A stretch of DNA of 64,000 nucleotides from Acidimicrobiia bacterium (GTDB taxonomy: Bacteria; Actinomycetota; Acidimicrobiia; Acidimicrobiales; JANYDT01), in assembly GCA_031418035.1 (NCBI GenBank), contig JANOWU010000287.1:11583-75582 (forward strand), in the 5' to 3' direction. The notes beneath the pieces were generated by a model that saw only the letters and a program-made list of their open reading frames with translations, did not search any database and was not told the origin of the DNA. The translations under genes were made by a program, and so were the position numbers. Shown piece after piece: positions 17,781 to 27,310 of the stretch. How positions within the stretch are numbered: the first letter of the stretch is position 1; the number at the start of each line of letters is the position of its first letter.

Positions 17781-18277
17781 GAGGGTGTCACGTTCTTTTG
17801 TGACGCACCGAAAATCGCCATTGCCGCGATGGCGAACGCCCCGCAGAACAGGGCGGTGTCGGCAAGATTTAACACCGGCCAAAACCCCGTCGCGAAAAAG
17901 TCCACGACGGCTCCCCGGTTCCAGCCCTCTCCGCGGAACAACCGGTCGATCTGGTTTCCGAGCGCGCCTCCCAACATCGACGACAACGCGACAAGAGACC
18001 AGCCCCGAAGCCGGGGGTCTTGGCGATGCAACGCGCTTATGAACCAGACCGTGAGGACCGCGACCAGAAACGACACTATCCACGGAAAGGCCCCGTGCCC
18101 GTCACCCACGCTGAATGCCCCGCCCGTATTGAAACGTCGAACGAGGTGCAGCGGTCCGATCACGTGGATGCGGTCGTCGGCATCCACGTGATTGAGAATC
18201 GCGTTCTTGGAAAGCTGGTCGGCCACCACAATCGTGCCGACGACACCGAGGGCAACTCGGCGAGGGTGCGAACTCAC
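17777..18277 (-). CDS. lspA: Signal peptidase II (lipoprotein signal peptidase)
   Basis: Motifs FNTGGAFS, GGALGNQIDR and VVDFF, plus 4 TM helices. The start is probably GTG 18277, a GTGA overlap with the upstream stop at 18274..18277. The ORF-track start is 18313. Confidence 0.9.
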   Translation of the reverse strand: MSSHPRRVALGVVGTIVVADQLSKNAILNHVDADDRIHVIGPLHLVRRFNTGGAFSVGDGHGAFPWIVSFLVAVLTVWFISALHRQDPRLRGWSLVALSSMLGGALGNQIDRLFRGEGWNRGAVVDFFATGFWPVLNLADTALFCGAFAIAAMAIFGASQKNVTPS

Positions 18278-19791
18278 CGACGGGAGAGTCCACCGCTCTT
18301 GCAGGCAACACACAGTGTCGCTGCAGGCATGGCCCGCAGGCGCGCCCGAACGATCGCCTTGTGACAGCTTTCGCAGTATCCGTAGCTTCCGTTCTCGATG
18401 GTGAGCAGAAGACGTTCGATCTCCTCGGCAAACCCGATGGCACTCGCCGACATGGCCAGATCACGTTCGCGCTCGACATTCGTCGTTGCGCCTTCACCCG
18501 ACTCGTCATCGAATTGCACATCGCCCGGTTCCATGTCGACGGCGAGTTGGTCAGCCTCGGCGCGCAACATGGCGGCCTGGGCAAAGTAGTGATCTCGTTC
18601 CGATTTCAAGAGTTCGATCTGCTGCCACAGAAACTGGCCGTCGCTGAGTTCGTCGATGCCGTCGAAGGCGTCGTCGGCATTGATCGGCGGACCCTTCACA
18701 GGCTTGACCGGCTTGGGCACGAACACCGGAGCGGCCGGTGGCTTTGGTTTCGTGACCTTCACGGGTTCAGGTGCGGCCACGGCAGGCTGCGGTTCGACCG
18801 TCGCGGCCGAGGCCTTTTTCTTTCCCTTGGGTGACGCGACGACGGCGGTTTGGTTTACCGCTGACTCGGGCGAAGCCACTGGAGCAGCGACTTCGGCGGC
18901 GCGAGCCGTCGTGCCACCCTTGCTCGCTTTGGCTGTAGTTGACGATTTCTCGGGCGAAGCGTCCTTCGCGATGGGAGGCGCGGCGTCGGCCTTTGCCGCC
19001 TTCGTAGGCGCCGCTTTCGTGACCGGCTTCGTCACTTCAGGTTTGGCGACTTCGGGTTTTGCGACTGCAGGTTTGGTGACTTCGGGTTTTGTGGCTTCGG
19101 GTTTCGCCTTCGACGGTTTCGTCGCGGCCGATTTGTCAGTGGATACGGGGGGAGCTGCTTTGTCTTTGGGTTTGATTCCCACAGTGTCTTTCGATGTTTT
19201 CGGAACCGCCGGTTTGGCTTTGCTGTCCGACGCTGCAACGGGCGTTGCCTTTGTCGACGTGGCCTTTGTCGACGATGGCTTCGTCGAGGTGGCTTTTGTC
19301 GGCATCGTCGGCATCGTCGTCATCGTCTTCGTCGACGTTTTCGACGTTTTCGACGTGTTCGATGTTGTCGGCGTTATTGGCTGTGTCGCTGTAATCGGCT
19401 TTGTCGGCGTTGTCGACGTTGATGCCTTCGTCGACTTCGCCACCTTCGCTGCTACAGCGTCATGCTTGTTCGGGACGGGTTTCGAGGGGCCGGGGGTTTT
19501 TTTGATGGTCGGTGCAACAGCCGCAAGCTTTGGGGCGCTCTTGGCCGCTTTCGTTGGGGTGGCCGCGGATTTGGACGCAACGTTCTTCGTCGCACCCGAT
19601 TTGGCCGCCTTCGTCTTGGCAGCCGGAGCAGCAGGCGAAGGTTTCACAGGCGCACTGCCTTTCTGGGCAGCGCGAGAAGCAGTGTTCGCAGTGTTTTTCG
19701 CCTTTGACGGCACAGTTGACTCCTTACTCCGAAGCCACGATGAGACCGCAAGCCCCATCAGAGGACGGCGGACCTTATCATCAGTTTTCAA
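18274..19791 (-). CDS. DksA/TraR-family C4 zinc-finger protein with a long Lys/Ala/Pro/Thr-rich N-terminal low-complexity region
   Basis: The C-terminal ~135 aa hold a coiled-coil followed by YGYCESCHKAIVRARLRAMPAATLCVACKSG (CxxC...CxxC). The N-terminal ~370 aa are AKxx/KPEV/TSK repeats. The start is uncertain: TTG at 19791 or ATG at 19758. Confidence 0.7.
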   Translation of the reverse strand: MKTDDKVRRPLMGLAVSSWLRSKESTVPSKAKNTANTASRAAQKGSAPVKPSPAAPAAKTKAAKSGATKNVASKSAATPTKAAKSAPKLAAVAPTIKKTPGPSKPVPNKHDAVAAKVAKSTKASTSTTPTKPITATQPITPTTSNTSKTSKTSTKTMTTMPTMPTKATSTKPSSTKATSTKATPVAASDSKAKPAVPKTSKDTVGIKPKDKAAPPVSTDKSAATKPSKAKPEATKPEVTKPAVAKPEVAKPEVTKPVTKAAPTKAAKADAAPPIAKDASPEKSSTTAKASKGGTTARAAEVAAPVASPESAVNQTAVVASPKGKKKASAATVEPQPAVAAPEPVKVTKPKPPAAPVFVPKPVKPVKGPPINADDAFDGIDELSDGQFLWQQIELLKSERDHYFAQAAMLRAEADQLAVDMEPGDVQFDDESGEGATTNVERERDLAMSASAIGFAEEIERLLLTIENGSYGYCESCHKAIVRARLRAMPAATLCVACKSGGLSRR

Positions 19792-20513
19792 ACCTGCGGC
19801 GGACTTCCACCCACAGACATGGAGTTTGTGAAGTCACCATCACTCGATGTCGATCCGTCGGACACGCTGTCGAGTCCGATATCCGGTGAAGAATCGACGG
19901 CGAATTCGCTCTGATCGGTGGGCGCCGATGACGAAAGGGCGGGATAGACGAGGTGGTCGAGCCGTAGGAGTTGATCGGTCAGGGCCGAGCGGTAACGATC
20001 TCGCAGTCCGAGCACCTGCGCGTTGAGTTCCGCCGTCCGTGCCGTGGCCAACTGCGCCTGTCGCTGCGCGAGTTGTTCTTGCTCACGAAATGCCTGCAGC
20101 ATCCGTTCATGTTCGGCGGTGGCGTCATCGCGCTGTCGCGTCGCTGCGGCCGCGGTCTCCTGTTCCAACTTCACGCGCTGCGCCGTAGCTGATGCGGTTG
20201 CCTCCGAGAGTGTCCGTTCGGCCTCTCGGTGTGCGTCCTGCACAATTCGTTCGGCAACCGATTTGGCCTCACTCACCACAAGATCGGCGGCGCGTTGGGC
20301 AAGCACCAACGTACGTTTTACCGTCTCATCGTTCTCGCCTCCGAGTCGTGACTCGGCCCGTTCCGCTCGTACCGTCAGCGCATGTATGCGATCGCGGAGC
20401 TCCTGCACGCCAATGGAAACACGGTCGATGAATTCGTCGACGTCGGCCGGGTTGTATCCCCGCCACCCTTCACGAAACTCTGCTTCCCGAAGTGCTTCAA
20501 CCGTCAGTTCCAT
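19788..20513 (-). CDS. divIVA: DivIVA-domain cell-division/polar-growth protein
   Basis: N-terminus LTVEALREAEFREGWRGYNPADVDEFIDRV, followed by a long coiled-coil. Confidence 0.9.
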   Translation of the reverse strand: MELTVEALREAEFREGWRGYNPADVDEFIDRVSIGVQELRDRIHALTVRAERAESRLGGENDETVKRTLVLAQRAADLVVSEAKSVAERIVQDAHREAERTLSEATASATAQRVKLEQETAAAATRQRDDATAEHERMLQAFREQEQLAQRQAQLATARTAELNAQVLGLRDRYRSALTDQLLRLDHLVYPALSSSAPTDQSEFAVDSSPDIGLDSVSDGSTSSDGDFTNSMSVGGSPPQV

Positions 20514-20542
20514 GCAACCCTCTAGTTCGACAGAGACAACCG

Positions 20543-21088
20543 TCAGCCGCCAAGGAGTCCGCGCTCTTGAAGCTTGCGTCGTTCGTCGGCGGAGACCTCG
20601 ACATTTTTCGGCGTCAGCATAAACACGCTTTCGGCCACACGTTGCATCTCGCCTTGCAGGCCGAAGATCAGTCCGGCGGCAAAATCGACGAGGCGACGCT
20701 TGAGGTCACGATCGACACCGCCGAGGTTGATGATGACGGGCTGTCCTGCACGGAACGACTCGCCAATTTCTTGCGCGTCGTGGAACGACGTGGGAGAGAC
20801 CACTTGGACTTTGGCAGCGGCGGGAGCCGGAATCGGACGAACCGAACCCGACGAGGGCGGCGCCGGTCGAGTCTGTATTGCTCCCACACCGGCATCGGCC
20901 GCAACGATCGGGAGTGCTCGGACATTTGACACCGAGTCCGATTCGGGCGCAGGTGGCGGCGAATAGCCAGGCACGGGGCGTGTCGATCGGGCAGGCGCGG
21001 GCGACTGCTCCTCATACGGTTCATAGTCGGGGTACGCGTCGCCGTCACTCAGACCGAGCGCATCCCAAAATTTACGAAATCCAGCCAT
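20543..21088 (-). CDS. sepF: Cell division protein SepF
   Basis: MAGFRKFWDALGL at the N-terminus, a Pro-rich linker, then the C-terminal domain SFHDAQEIGESFRAGQPVIINLGGVDRDLKRRLVDFAAGLIFGLQGEMQRV. Confidence 0.9.
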   Translation of the reverse strand: MAGFRKFWDALGLSDGDAYPDYEPYEEQSPAPARSTRPVPGYSPPPAPESDSVSNVRALPIVAADAGVGAIQTRPAPPSSGSVRPIPAPAAAKVQVVSPTSFHDAQEIGESFRAGQPVIINLGGVDRDLKRRLVDFAAGLIFGLQGEMQRVAESVFMLTPKNVEVSADERRKLQERGLLGG

Positions 21089-21107
21089 GGTTCCCTCCGC
21101 TGCCAGC

Positions 21108-21857
21108 CTAATCGCTGTTGCTAGTTGAATCAGGATCTTCTGCGGTGTCGAGGGTGTGTATTCGTCCGTTCGCCCCCGTGCGTGGTCCGAAGAGCAGCGA
21201 CCCGATTCTGATCATGTTCGCCCCGGCGTTCACGGCAAGTTCGAAATCGTTCGACATTCCGAGCGAACGCACGGCCAGATCGTGGTCGTCGGCGATCGCA
21301 ATAGCGTGTGCGAAGGCGCGGGTGCAGTCTTGGGGACGTACGCCCGGGGCGTCGAGATCTGGTCCTACTCCCATCACGCCGATGACGTTGAGTCCCGCAT
21401 CACGAGCCGCGTCGACGACTTCACCGACGGCGCCCGGGGGTACCCCGCCGCGTTGGGGTTGACCGGTCAGATTGATCTGGATGAGCACCGTTGCCCCGGA
21501 CGCTCGCTTGCCGAGACCACGCGCGCGGTCGACCGAGTCGACGCTCTGCCACAGACTGACGTGGGGCGACAGGCGATTGATCTTGTTGGTTTGCAGACGG
21601 CCCTGAAACGTCCATCGGATCTCGAGATCCCGCAAAACCGGGTCGGTGGCTTTCTCGACCAATTCATCGGCGTAGTTTTCGCCGAACAGGGTCAGGCCGA
21701 CCTGTGCGGCGGCACGAATCATTGAAACGGGCTGACCTTTCGAGACGGCGACGATCTCCACCTCGCGCCCCCCTCCCGCCTCTCGAACTCTGCGGCGGAC
21801 ATCGGCCAGGTTCGTGGCAATCTGGGCCGCGATGTCGAGGGAGTCGTCTGAGCTCAT
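21108..21857 (-). CDS. yggS: YggS-family pyridoxal-phosphate homeostasis protein
   Basis: Motifs IVAVSKGQP (PLP lysine), FGENY, FQGRLQTNK and LGMSNDFELAVNAGANMIRIGSLLFG. I set the start at ATG 21857, an ATGA overlap with the pgeF stop. Confidence 0.9.
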   Translation of the reverse strand: MSSDDSLDIAAQIATNLADVRRRVREAGGGREVEIVAVSKGQPVSMIRAAAQVGLTLFGENYADELVEKATDPVLRDLEIRWTFQGRLQTNKINRLSPHVSLWQSVDSVDRARGLGKRASGATVLIQINLTGQPQRGGVPPGAVGEVVDAARDAGLNVIGVMGVGPDLDAPGVRPQDCTRAFAHAIAIADDHDLAVRSLGMSNDFELAVNAGANMIRIGSLLFGPRTGANGRIHTLDTAEDPDSTSNSD

Positions 21858-22561
21858 GGATCGCACTGCCCCGTCGAGGGTTTGGCTTCGAGCCACGCGA
21901 ACAGCCCGAGGCGACCTGACTCGCGTCGAGCTCGAAAGGAGAAGAACCGATCACCGTTGCACGCGGTGCACGACCAACTCGAAACGTCGAGTTCCGCAAC
22001 TCCGGACAGCAGCAGCGATGCACGAACTGATGCGACCATGTCCAGTGCCGGTGCGCCGGTTGAGGTCTGACCTCGGACCGATTCGCCAAACGAGGCGACC
22101 ATGGCACCGAGTTCGGGGTCTCGAAACTCATAACAGCACATACCAATACACGGGAACAGAGATGCCCGAATCTGGCGGGCACCAAGTCCGTGAAGAGCAC
22201 CGACGGTTGCGGGCAAGATGCCTGTGAGCAACCCCCTCCACCCGGCATGCGCAACACCGACCGAGGTCACCCGACCGTCGTGCTCGCCGCTCAACAGAAT
22301 CGGCGCGCAGTCGGCGGCTCGAATGAGGAGTCGCGCGTCGACGCAGGACGTGACTGCGGCGTCGGCTTCCTCTCCGCGGTGCGTCCCTGCGGGATCCACG
22401 ACGACGACACGAGGCCCGTGGACTTGGCGGAGCCACGTCGTTGAGCGGTCCAGCATTTCGACGTCGATCGGCCCCTGTTGCTTGTCCTGGAACTGGAACC
22501 CGACACCAACACCGACACCAACACCGACCCCGACACCGAGGCGTTCGGTTGGTCCAGTCAT
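21854..22561 (-). CDS. pgeF: Peptidoglycan editing factor PgeF (YfiH/DUF152 laccase-domain protein)
   Basis: Motifs WLRQVHG, RAADCAPILL, VAHAGWRGL, CCYEF and SWSCTAC...FFSFR. The N-terminus carries a (Gly-Val)6 repeat. Confidence 0.85.
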   Translation of the reverse strand: MTGPTERLGVGVGVGVGVGVGFQFQDKQQGPIDVEMLDRSTTWLRQVHGPRVVVVDPAGTHRGEEADAAVTSCVDARLLIRAADCAPILLSGEHDGRVTSVGVAHAGWRGLLTGILPATVGALHGLGARQIRASLFPCIGMCCYEFRDPELGAMVASFGESVRGQTSTGAPALDMVASVRASLLLSGVAELDVSSWSCTACNGDRFFSFRARRESGRLGLFAWLEAKPSTGQCDP

Positions 22562-22636
22562 GACCGGCTCATGGAACGAGGTCGCGGCAGGGCAACGATC
22601 CGGGCAGCGTGCACCGGAACCGCCGACCCGACATCG

Positions 22637-23728
22637 TTATTTCAGAAACGACGGAACGTCGAACTCGTCGTCGTCGAAGCCGAGGTCATCGTCGGTCGGA
22701 TTCGAGAACATGGCATCGGCAGGATTCGACGGTACCGGTCGCGGCGACGGAGCTTCGGTTTTCGAACCTGTTCGCTTGTCGTCCCATCGGTCGAAGCCCG
22801 CCGCAATAACGGTGACGCGCACTTCGTCGCCCATCGAATCGTCGATCACGTTGCCGAAAATGATGTTCGCATCGGGATGAGCGACACTTTGGATGATCTC
22901 GGCCGCTTCGTTCACTTCGAACAGCCCAAGGTCACTGCTGCCACTGATGTTGAACAAAATGCCACGTGCACCTTCGATAGAAGCTTCGAGGAGCGGTGAG
23001 GAGATGGCCTGGCGAGCCGCAGTCGCGGCACGACCGTTGCCGTTGCCGTAACCGATACCCATAAGTGCCGATCCGGCGTCGTGAAGGATGGCTTTGACGT
23101 CGGCAAAGTCGGTATTGATCAGACCGGGGATCGTGATCAGATCGGTGATGCCCTGAACACCTTGGAGTAGCACCTCGTCGGCCATCTTGAACGCATTCAG
23201 CATCGTCGTCTTGTCGGACGCGACGGTGAGGAGTCGGTCGTTCGGGATAACGATAAGCGTGTCAACCTTTTCGCGAAGCGACGCGATTCCGGTCTCGGCC
23301 TGCACACCGCGTCGACGTCCTTCGAAGCTGAAGGGCCGCGTCACGACACCAATGGTGAGTGCACCCTGAGCCTTCGCGATTTCCGCGATGACCGGAGCCG
23401 CGCCCGTTCCGGTTCCGCCGCCTTCGCCCGCCGTGATGAAGACCATGTCGGCGCCTTTGATCGCCTCTTGGATCTCATCGTGGTGCTCTTCGGCCGCTCG
23501 ACGGCCGATTTCGGGATCGGACCCGGCGCCGAGGCCTCTGGTCAGTTCTCGGCCGATGTCGAGTTTCACGTCTGCATCGCTCATGAGCAACGCCTGAGCG
23601 TCGGTGTTGACACCGATGAACTCAACTCCCTTGAGGCCCGCTTCGATCATCCGATTGACCGCGTTGACACCACCGCCGCCGGCGCCGACGACCTTGATGA
23701 CTGCTAAGTAGTTCTGTGGTGGAACCAC
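22637..23728 (-). CDS. ftsZ: Cell division GTPase FtsZ
   Basis: Motifs [22 protein letters not shown] and the tubulin signature [15 protein letters not shown] chose the GTG at 23728: it gives (M)VPPQNYLAV, the usual N-terminal length, and has GAGAGAAGAGG about 7 nt upstream. The ORF-track start is 23821 and an ATG lies at 23776. Confidence 0.97.
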   Translation of the reverse strand: MVPPQNYLAVIKVVGAGGGGVNAVNRMIEAGLKGVEFIGVNTDAQALLMSDADVKLDIGRELTRGLGAGSDPEIGRRAAEEHHDEIQEAIKGADMVFITAGEGGGTGTGAAPVIAEIAKAQGALTIGVVTRPFSFEGRRRGVQAETGIASLREKVDTLIVIPNDRLLTVASDKTTMLNAFKMADEVLLQGVQGITDLITIPGLINTDFADVKAILHDAGSALMGIGYGNGNGRAATAARQAISSPLLEASIEGARGILFNISGSSDLGLFEVNEAAEIIQSVAHPDANIIFGNVIDDSMGDEVRVTVIAAGFDRWDDKRTGSKTEAPSPRPVPSNPADAMFSNPTDDDLGFDDDEFDVPSFLK

Positions 23729-23890
23729 CGAGGTACCTCTTCTCTCATACGTTCTCTCATACGACCGACCTGACATCCTTCGCAATCGCGTAGGCGAGAG
23801 GACACGGGACACATACTTCAAAAAGGCAGGTTACCGGTGAATATGGTCCCGATTGGGGACTACTCGTAAGAAATCTGCCCGAACTGGCGT

Positions 23891-24907
23891 TTATTTGCTC
23901 AAAATGACGGCGTCAGGGATCGTCACGTCGATCGTCCCGCGTTCGGGAAGGCCCTGGCTGCGGTGCAGTGAGCCGATCAGCGTGGCCTTCGCGGTGAGGT
24001 CGTCCGGTCGTCCGACCAGGATGTTTGCGGTGCCCACACGCAGCACGAACTCATCACCGAAGTGGTCGACCCGGTCGACCTGGAGGCGGGTTGCATCGTC
24101 GAGCGCAGCCAAGATCGCAAGCGCCGACGATCGACGAGCGTTGGTGGTGTCCTCGAGATCGACGTTCTTCGCCGTCGAGCCATTGGTGCTGTCGCTGCTC
24201 AATGCGATGACCGGCAGAGGTCCCGTTTCACGTGCGGGAAGGATTGCACCCGACCGGTCGACAAGGCGTTGCGCGGCCCCGTCGATGCTCACCAGGGCAA
24301 AGGGCTCGCGGACCGTGATCGCTATCGTGAGCCGTTCGGGCCAATGCTTGGTGACTTCGACGGTGGCAATGTCAGGCTGAATTCGAATATCGCGGCGCAG
24401 CTGGTCCGTGCCAAAGCGAATCATGGGCGTCCCAACCTTGGACGAGGCAAAGGCTTTCACCTGAGCGGCGATGGCCGGGGTTCCGCCTTCGACCTCGACC
24501 ACGCGAACAGCCATCCACGGCGAGTACAACATCGCAACAACAAGGACCACGACGCCGAGCGCGAGCCCCGAGACCATGACACGAGGACTGACGCTCGGCC
24601 TCGACTTCGCAATCTCGGCACGTCGCTTGGCGATAGCCGGGTCCATCGGGACGGTCCATGAAGCGACGTGCCTACCGATCATTCCCGTACGAAGACTCCA
24701 ACGACTCTGCGCGCCACGCACTGGTGCGCTCTCAGGCGGCTCGCACTCGGCAGTCAACGGACGAAACGAGACGGCACCAACCTCGCCCGGACGTCGGGTC
24801 GCGATAGTTCGTGACTGGGTTGGAGTCGCGGACTGCGTCGATTCGAACGGCTGAAGTCGGTCGAAGTCAACAGGTCGGGTGGCGGGAGGATCGAGCGTGA
24901 TAGTCAT
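23891..24907 (-). CDS. ftsQ: Cell division protein FtsQ (POTRA domain)
   Basis: A ~110-aa cytoplasmic N-terminus, one TM helix (VMVSGLALGVVVLVVAMLY), then a POTRA-like region VRVVEVEG...IATVEVTKHWPERLTIAITVREP. ATGA overlap with the murB stop. Confidence 0.8.
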   Translation of the reverse strand: MTITLDPPATRPVDFDRLQPFESTQSATPTQSRTIATRRPGEVGAVSFRPLTAECEPPESAPVRGAQSRWSLRTGMIGRHVASWTVPMDPAIAKRRAEIAKSRPSVSPRVMVSGLALGVVVLVVAMLYSPWMAVRVVEVEGGTPAIAAQVKAFASSKVGTPMIRFGTDQLRRDIRIQPDIATVEVTKHWPERLTIAITVREPFALVSIDGAAQRLVDRSGAILPARETGPLPVIALSSDSTNGSTAKNVDLEDTTNARRSSALAILAALDDATRLQVDRVDHFGDEFVLRVGTANILVGRPDDLTAKATLIGSLHRSQGLPERGTIDVTIPDAVILSK

Positions 24908-25902
24908 GGTTTTCTTTCAGCGTCCGGGTGTTGCAGGTTTGCTGGCTTGGTGCTGGGATTTGGTGAATCCGATGGCGGGAGACGTAGTGGGGGAAGCGAC
25001 CCATCGAAGCCGACAGGTCGCACCTCAGGATGGAGTTCGACACCGAACGTCTCGAACACGCGCTGGCGCACTGCGATGATAAGCGCCCATACGTCTGCAC
25101 ACGTTGCATTCTCGTCGGCCTGAATGAAGTTCGCGTGCTTCGGGGAGACTTGCGCCGTGCCGAGTTCGAAGCCGCGCAAGCCGGCAGCGTCGATGAGACG
25201 CCCGGCGGAGTCGCCCGGCGGGTTCGTGAAAACGCTGCCGCAGTTCGCGCCCCCCGGTTGGTTCTCACGCCGCCATCGGACAATCGATGCGATCTCTTCC
25301 TCCGACGTTTCCCGGTCCCCAGCCGTGCACTGGAACGTGGCGCGCAGAACCAATTCGTGCGACATCAGCGACGAGGACCGATACGACAGCGCCAGAGTGT
25401 CCGCAGAGCGCGAGGTCACCGAACCGTTACGGAGATCGAGCACCACCGCCGAGATCAGGTTGTCGGCTACATCAGCGCCGTGCCCTCCCGCATTCATGCA
25501 AACCGCCCCGCCCACCGACCCGGGAACGCCAACCATCCATTCCAGACCGCGAAGACCGACATGGGCACTCTGTCGAGCGAGAACTGGCATCTTGACGGCC
25601 GCGCCGGCTTCGACCACCAGTCCCTCGTGGGTCCATCGGGCAAACGTTGCGTCGAGCACGATGACGACGCCGCGAAACCCGGCATCACTCACCAACAGAT
25701 TCGATCCCTGACCGACCACCAGGAACGTCACATCCAGATCGGCCAGATCCTCGGCGACCGCGACGAGCTCTGCTTCGGCCGTCGGGCGCAGAAGAAAGTC
25801 GGCAGGACCACCGATACGAAACGTCGTGTACGAGGACAGCAAGACCCCGCGCTCTGCTCGATCGCCTAGAACGCGCGCGACACGATCGGCATCGTAGGTC
25901 AT
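24904..25902 (-). CDS. murB: UDP-N-acetylenolpyruvoylglucosamine reductase
   Basis: YTTFRIGGPADF, the FAD-binding GQGSNLLV and GSVFTNPPGDSAGRLID. I set the start at ATG 25902, an ATGA overlap with the murC stop. Confidence 0.9.
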   Translation of the reverse strand: MTYDADRVARVLGDRAERGVLLSSYTTFRIGGPADFLLRPTAEAELVAVAEDLADLDVTFLVVGQGSNLLVSDAGFRGVVIVLDATFARWTHEGLVVEAGAAVKMPVLARQSAHVGLRGLEWMVGVPGSVGGAVCMNAGGHGADVADNLISAVVLDLRNGSVTSRSADTLALSYRSSSLMSHELVLRATFQCTAGDRETSEEEIASIVRWRRENQPGGANCGSVFTNPPGDSAGRLIDAAGLRGFELGTAQVSPKHANFIQADENATCADVWALIIAVRQRVFETFGVELHPEVRPVGFDGSLPPLRLPPSDSPNPSTKPANLQHPDAERKP

Positions 25903-27305
25903 GTCGTCGCGCCGTCGTTGTTCCACGGTGAATGCAGAAGCTGGTCGGGAAGGGTCGTCAGGTCACCGGCATTCATCGTCAGGCACAGATCGCCCTCTCG
26001 AAGTTCGCGCTCCAGGGTGGCCACGAGTTCGTCACGCGTTTCGCAGTAGAGGACTCGCTGCTCGGGATGAGTCCGCTGCACTTCTTCCGCGATGAGTTTT
26101 CCCGTCACACCGGGGATCGGTTGTTGTCCGGCGGCGTAGATGCCCGTGATGATGAGCAGGTCGACGCCCACAAAGGAGTCGGCGTGGTCCTTCCAAAGAT
26201 CACGCGTTCGTGTGTAGCGGTGGGGCTGATACACCGCGACAACCCGCGGCCAGTTTCCCAGAAGTGCCGCTTCGACTGCGGATCTCGCCTTCGCTGGTAA
26301 GTGCGCATAGTCATCGACGAACGTGACGCCATTTCCGACGCCGCGAAACTCGAACCGGCGCGACGCGCCACGAAACGCAGAAAGTCCGGCAGCCACATCC
26401 GACGGGGTCAGGCCGAGTTCGATTGCCATGGCCAGCACCGCAACCGCATTCATGGCGTTGTGGAGACCGGGAACACTCAACTCCACCGCAATCACGGCCC
26501 GTCCGGCGCTTACGACGTTGAACGTCGTCTGGAGTCCATCGGCTTTGTAGTTTGTGATTCGATACGTCGCCCTTCGATCGGTCCCAAACGTGACGAGTCC
26601 GTCCTGGGGTCCGATTCGCTCGCGCAGGGCTGTACAGCCTGGATCGTCGGCATTGAGAACCTTCGGCCCGGAGGCCTGATTCACGAACTGGTCGAACGCG
26701 CTCTCGAGCGCGTTCATCGAACCCCAGTAGTCGAGGTGATCCGGCTCGATGTTCGTTACGATCACGGCTTCGGCGTTGAAGCGAAGAAACGAACCATCGC
26801 TCTCGTCAGCCTCGACGACCAACCATTCGGAGTCCTTCCACTCGACGCCGTTGCCGAGACCGTGAATCGTGGCCCCGACGATCATCGATGGAGCAAGCCC
26901 GCACGTGTGCGCAACCGTCGCCATCATCGCTGCGGTAGTCGTTTTTCCCGCCGTTCCACTGATAGCTACCGTGCGACGTAGTCGACCGAGTGATTCCATC
27001 ACATCAGCACGAGTGGCGATCGGGATGCCCTTGGCCTGGAGTGCGACAAGCTCGGGGTTCGAGGCGGGGACCGCAGCCGACAGCATGACCAGATCCGGGG
27101 ATCCGAGTCGACCGACATCGTGAGGACTCCACACGTCGAGGCCCTGGCCGCGAAGACGTTCAAGCACGTCCGAGGGGTTTTGATCACTTCCCGTTACGAG
27201 GTGCCCCATGCGATCGCAGATGTGCGCGATCGCAGACATGGCCGCGCCGCCTACGGCAATGATATGTATACGTTTCTTCTCGAACAGGTCGGGCGCCAAA
27301 GCCAA
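25899..27305 (-). CDS. murC: UDP-N-acetylmuramate--L-alanine ligase
   Basis: IHIIAVGGAAMSAIA, the ISGTAGKTTT P-loop and DDYAHLP. Confidence 0.95.
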   Translation of the reverse strand: MALAPDLFEKKRIHIIAVGGAAMSAIAHICDRMGHLVTGSDQNPSDVLERLRGQGLDVWSPHDVGRLGSPDLVMLSAAVPASNPELVALQAKGIPIATRADVMESLGRLRRTVAISGTAGKTTTAAMMATVAHTCGLAPSMIVGATIHGLGNGVEWKDSEWLVVEADESDGSFLRFNAEAVIVTNIEPDHLDYWGSMNALESAFDQFVNQASGPKVLNADDPGCTALRERIGPQDGLVTFGTDRRATYRITNYKADGLQTTFNVVSAGRAVIAVELSVPGLHNAMNAVAVLAMAIELGLTPSDVAAGLSAFRGASRRFEFRGVGNGVTFVDDYAHLPAKARSAVEAALLGNWPRVVAVYQPHRYTRTRDLWKDHADSFVGVDLLIITGIYAAGQQPIPGVTGKLIAEEVQRTHPEQRVLYCETRDELVATLERELREGDLCLTMNAGDLTTLPDQLLHSPWNNDGATT

Positions 27306-27310
27306 CGCTC

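Noticed and set aside
18656-19831. 391-aa plus-strand ORF (GFVTSGLATSGF... repeats) opposite the DksA-like gene
   Set aside because: It is the mirror image of the Lys/Ala/Pro repeat region. The minus strand carries a convincing CxxC...CxxC DksA/TraR finger and fits the operon direction and the overlap junctions.
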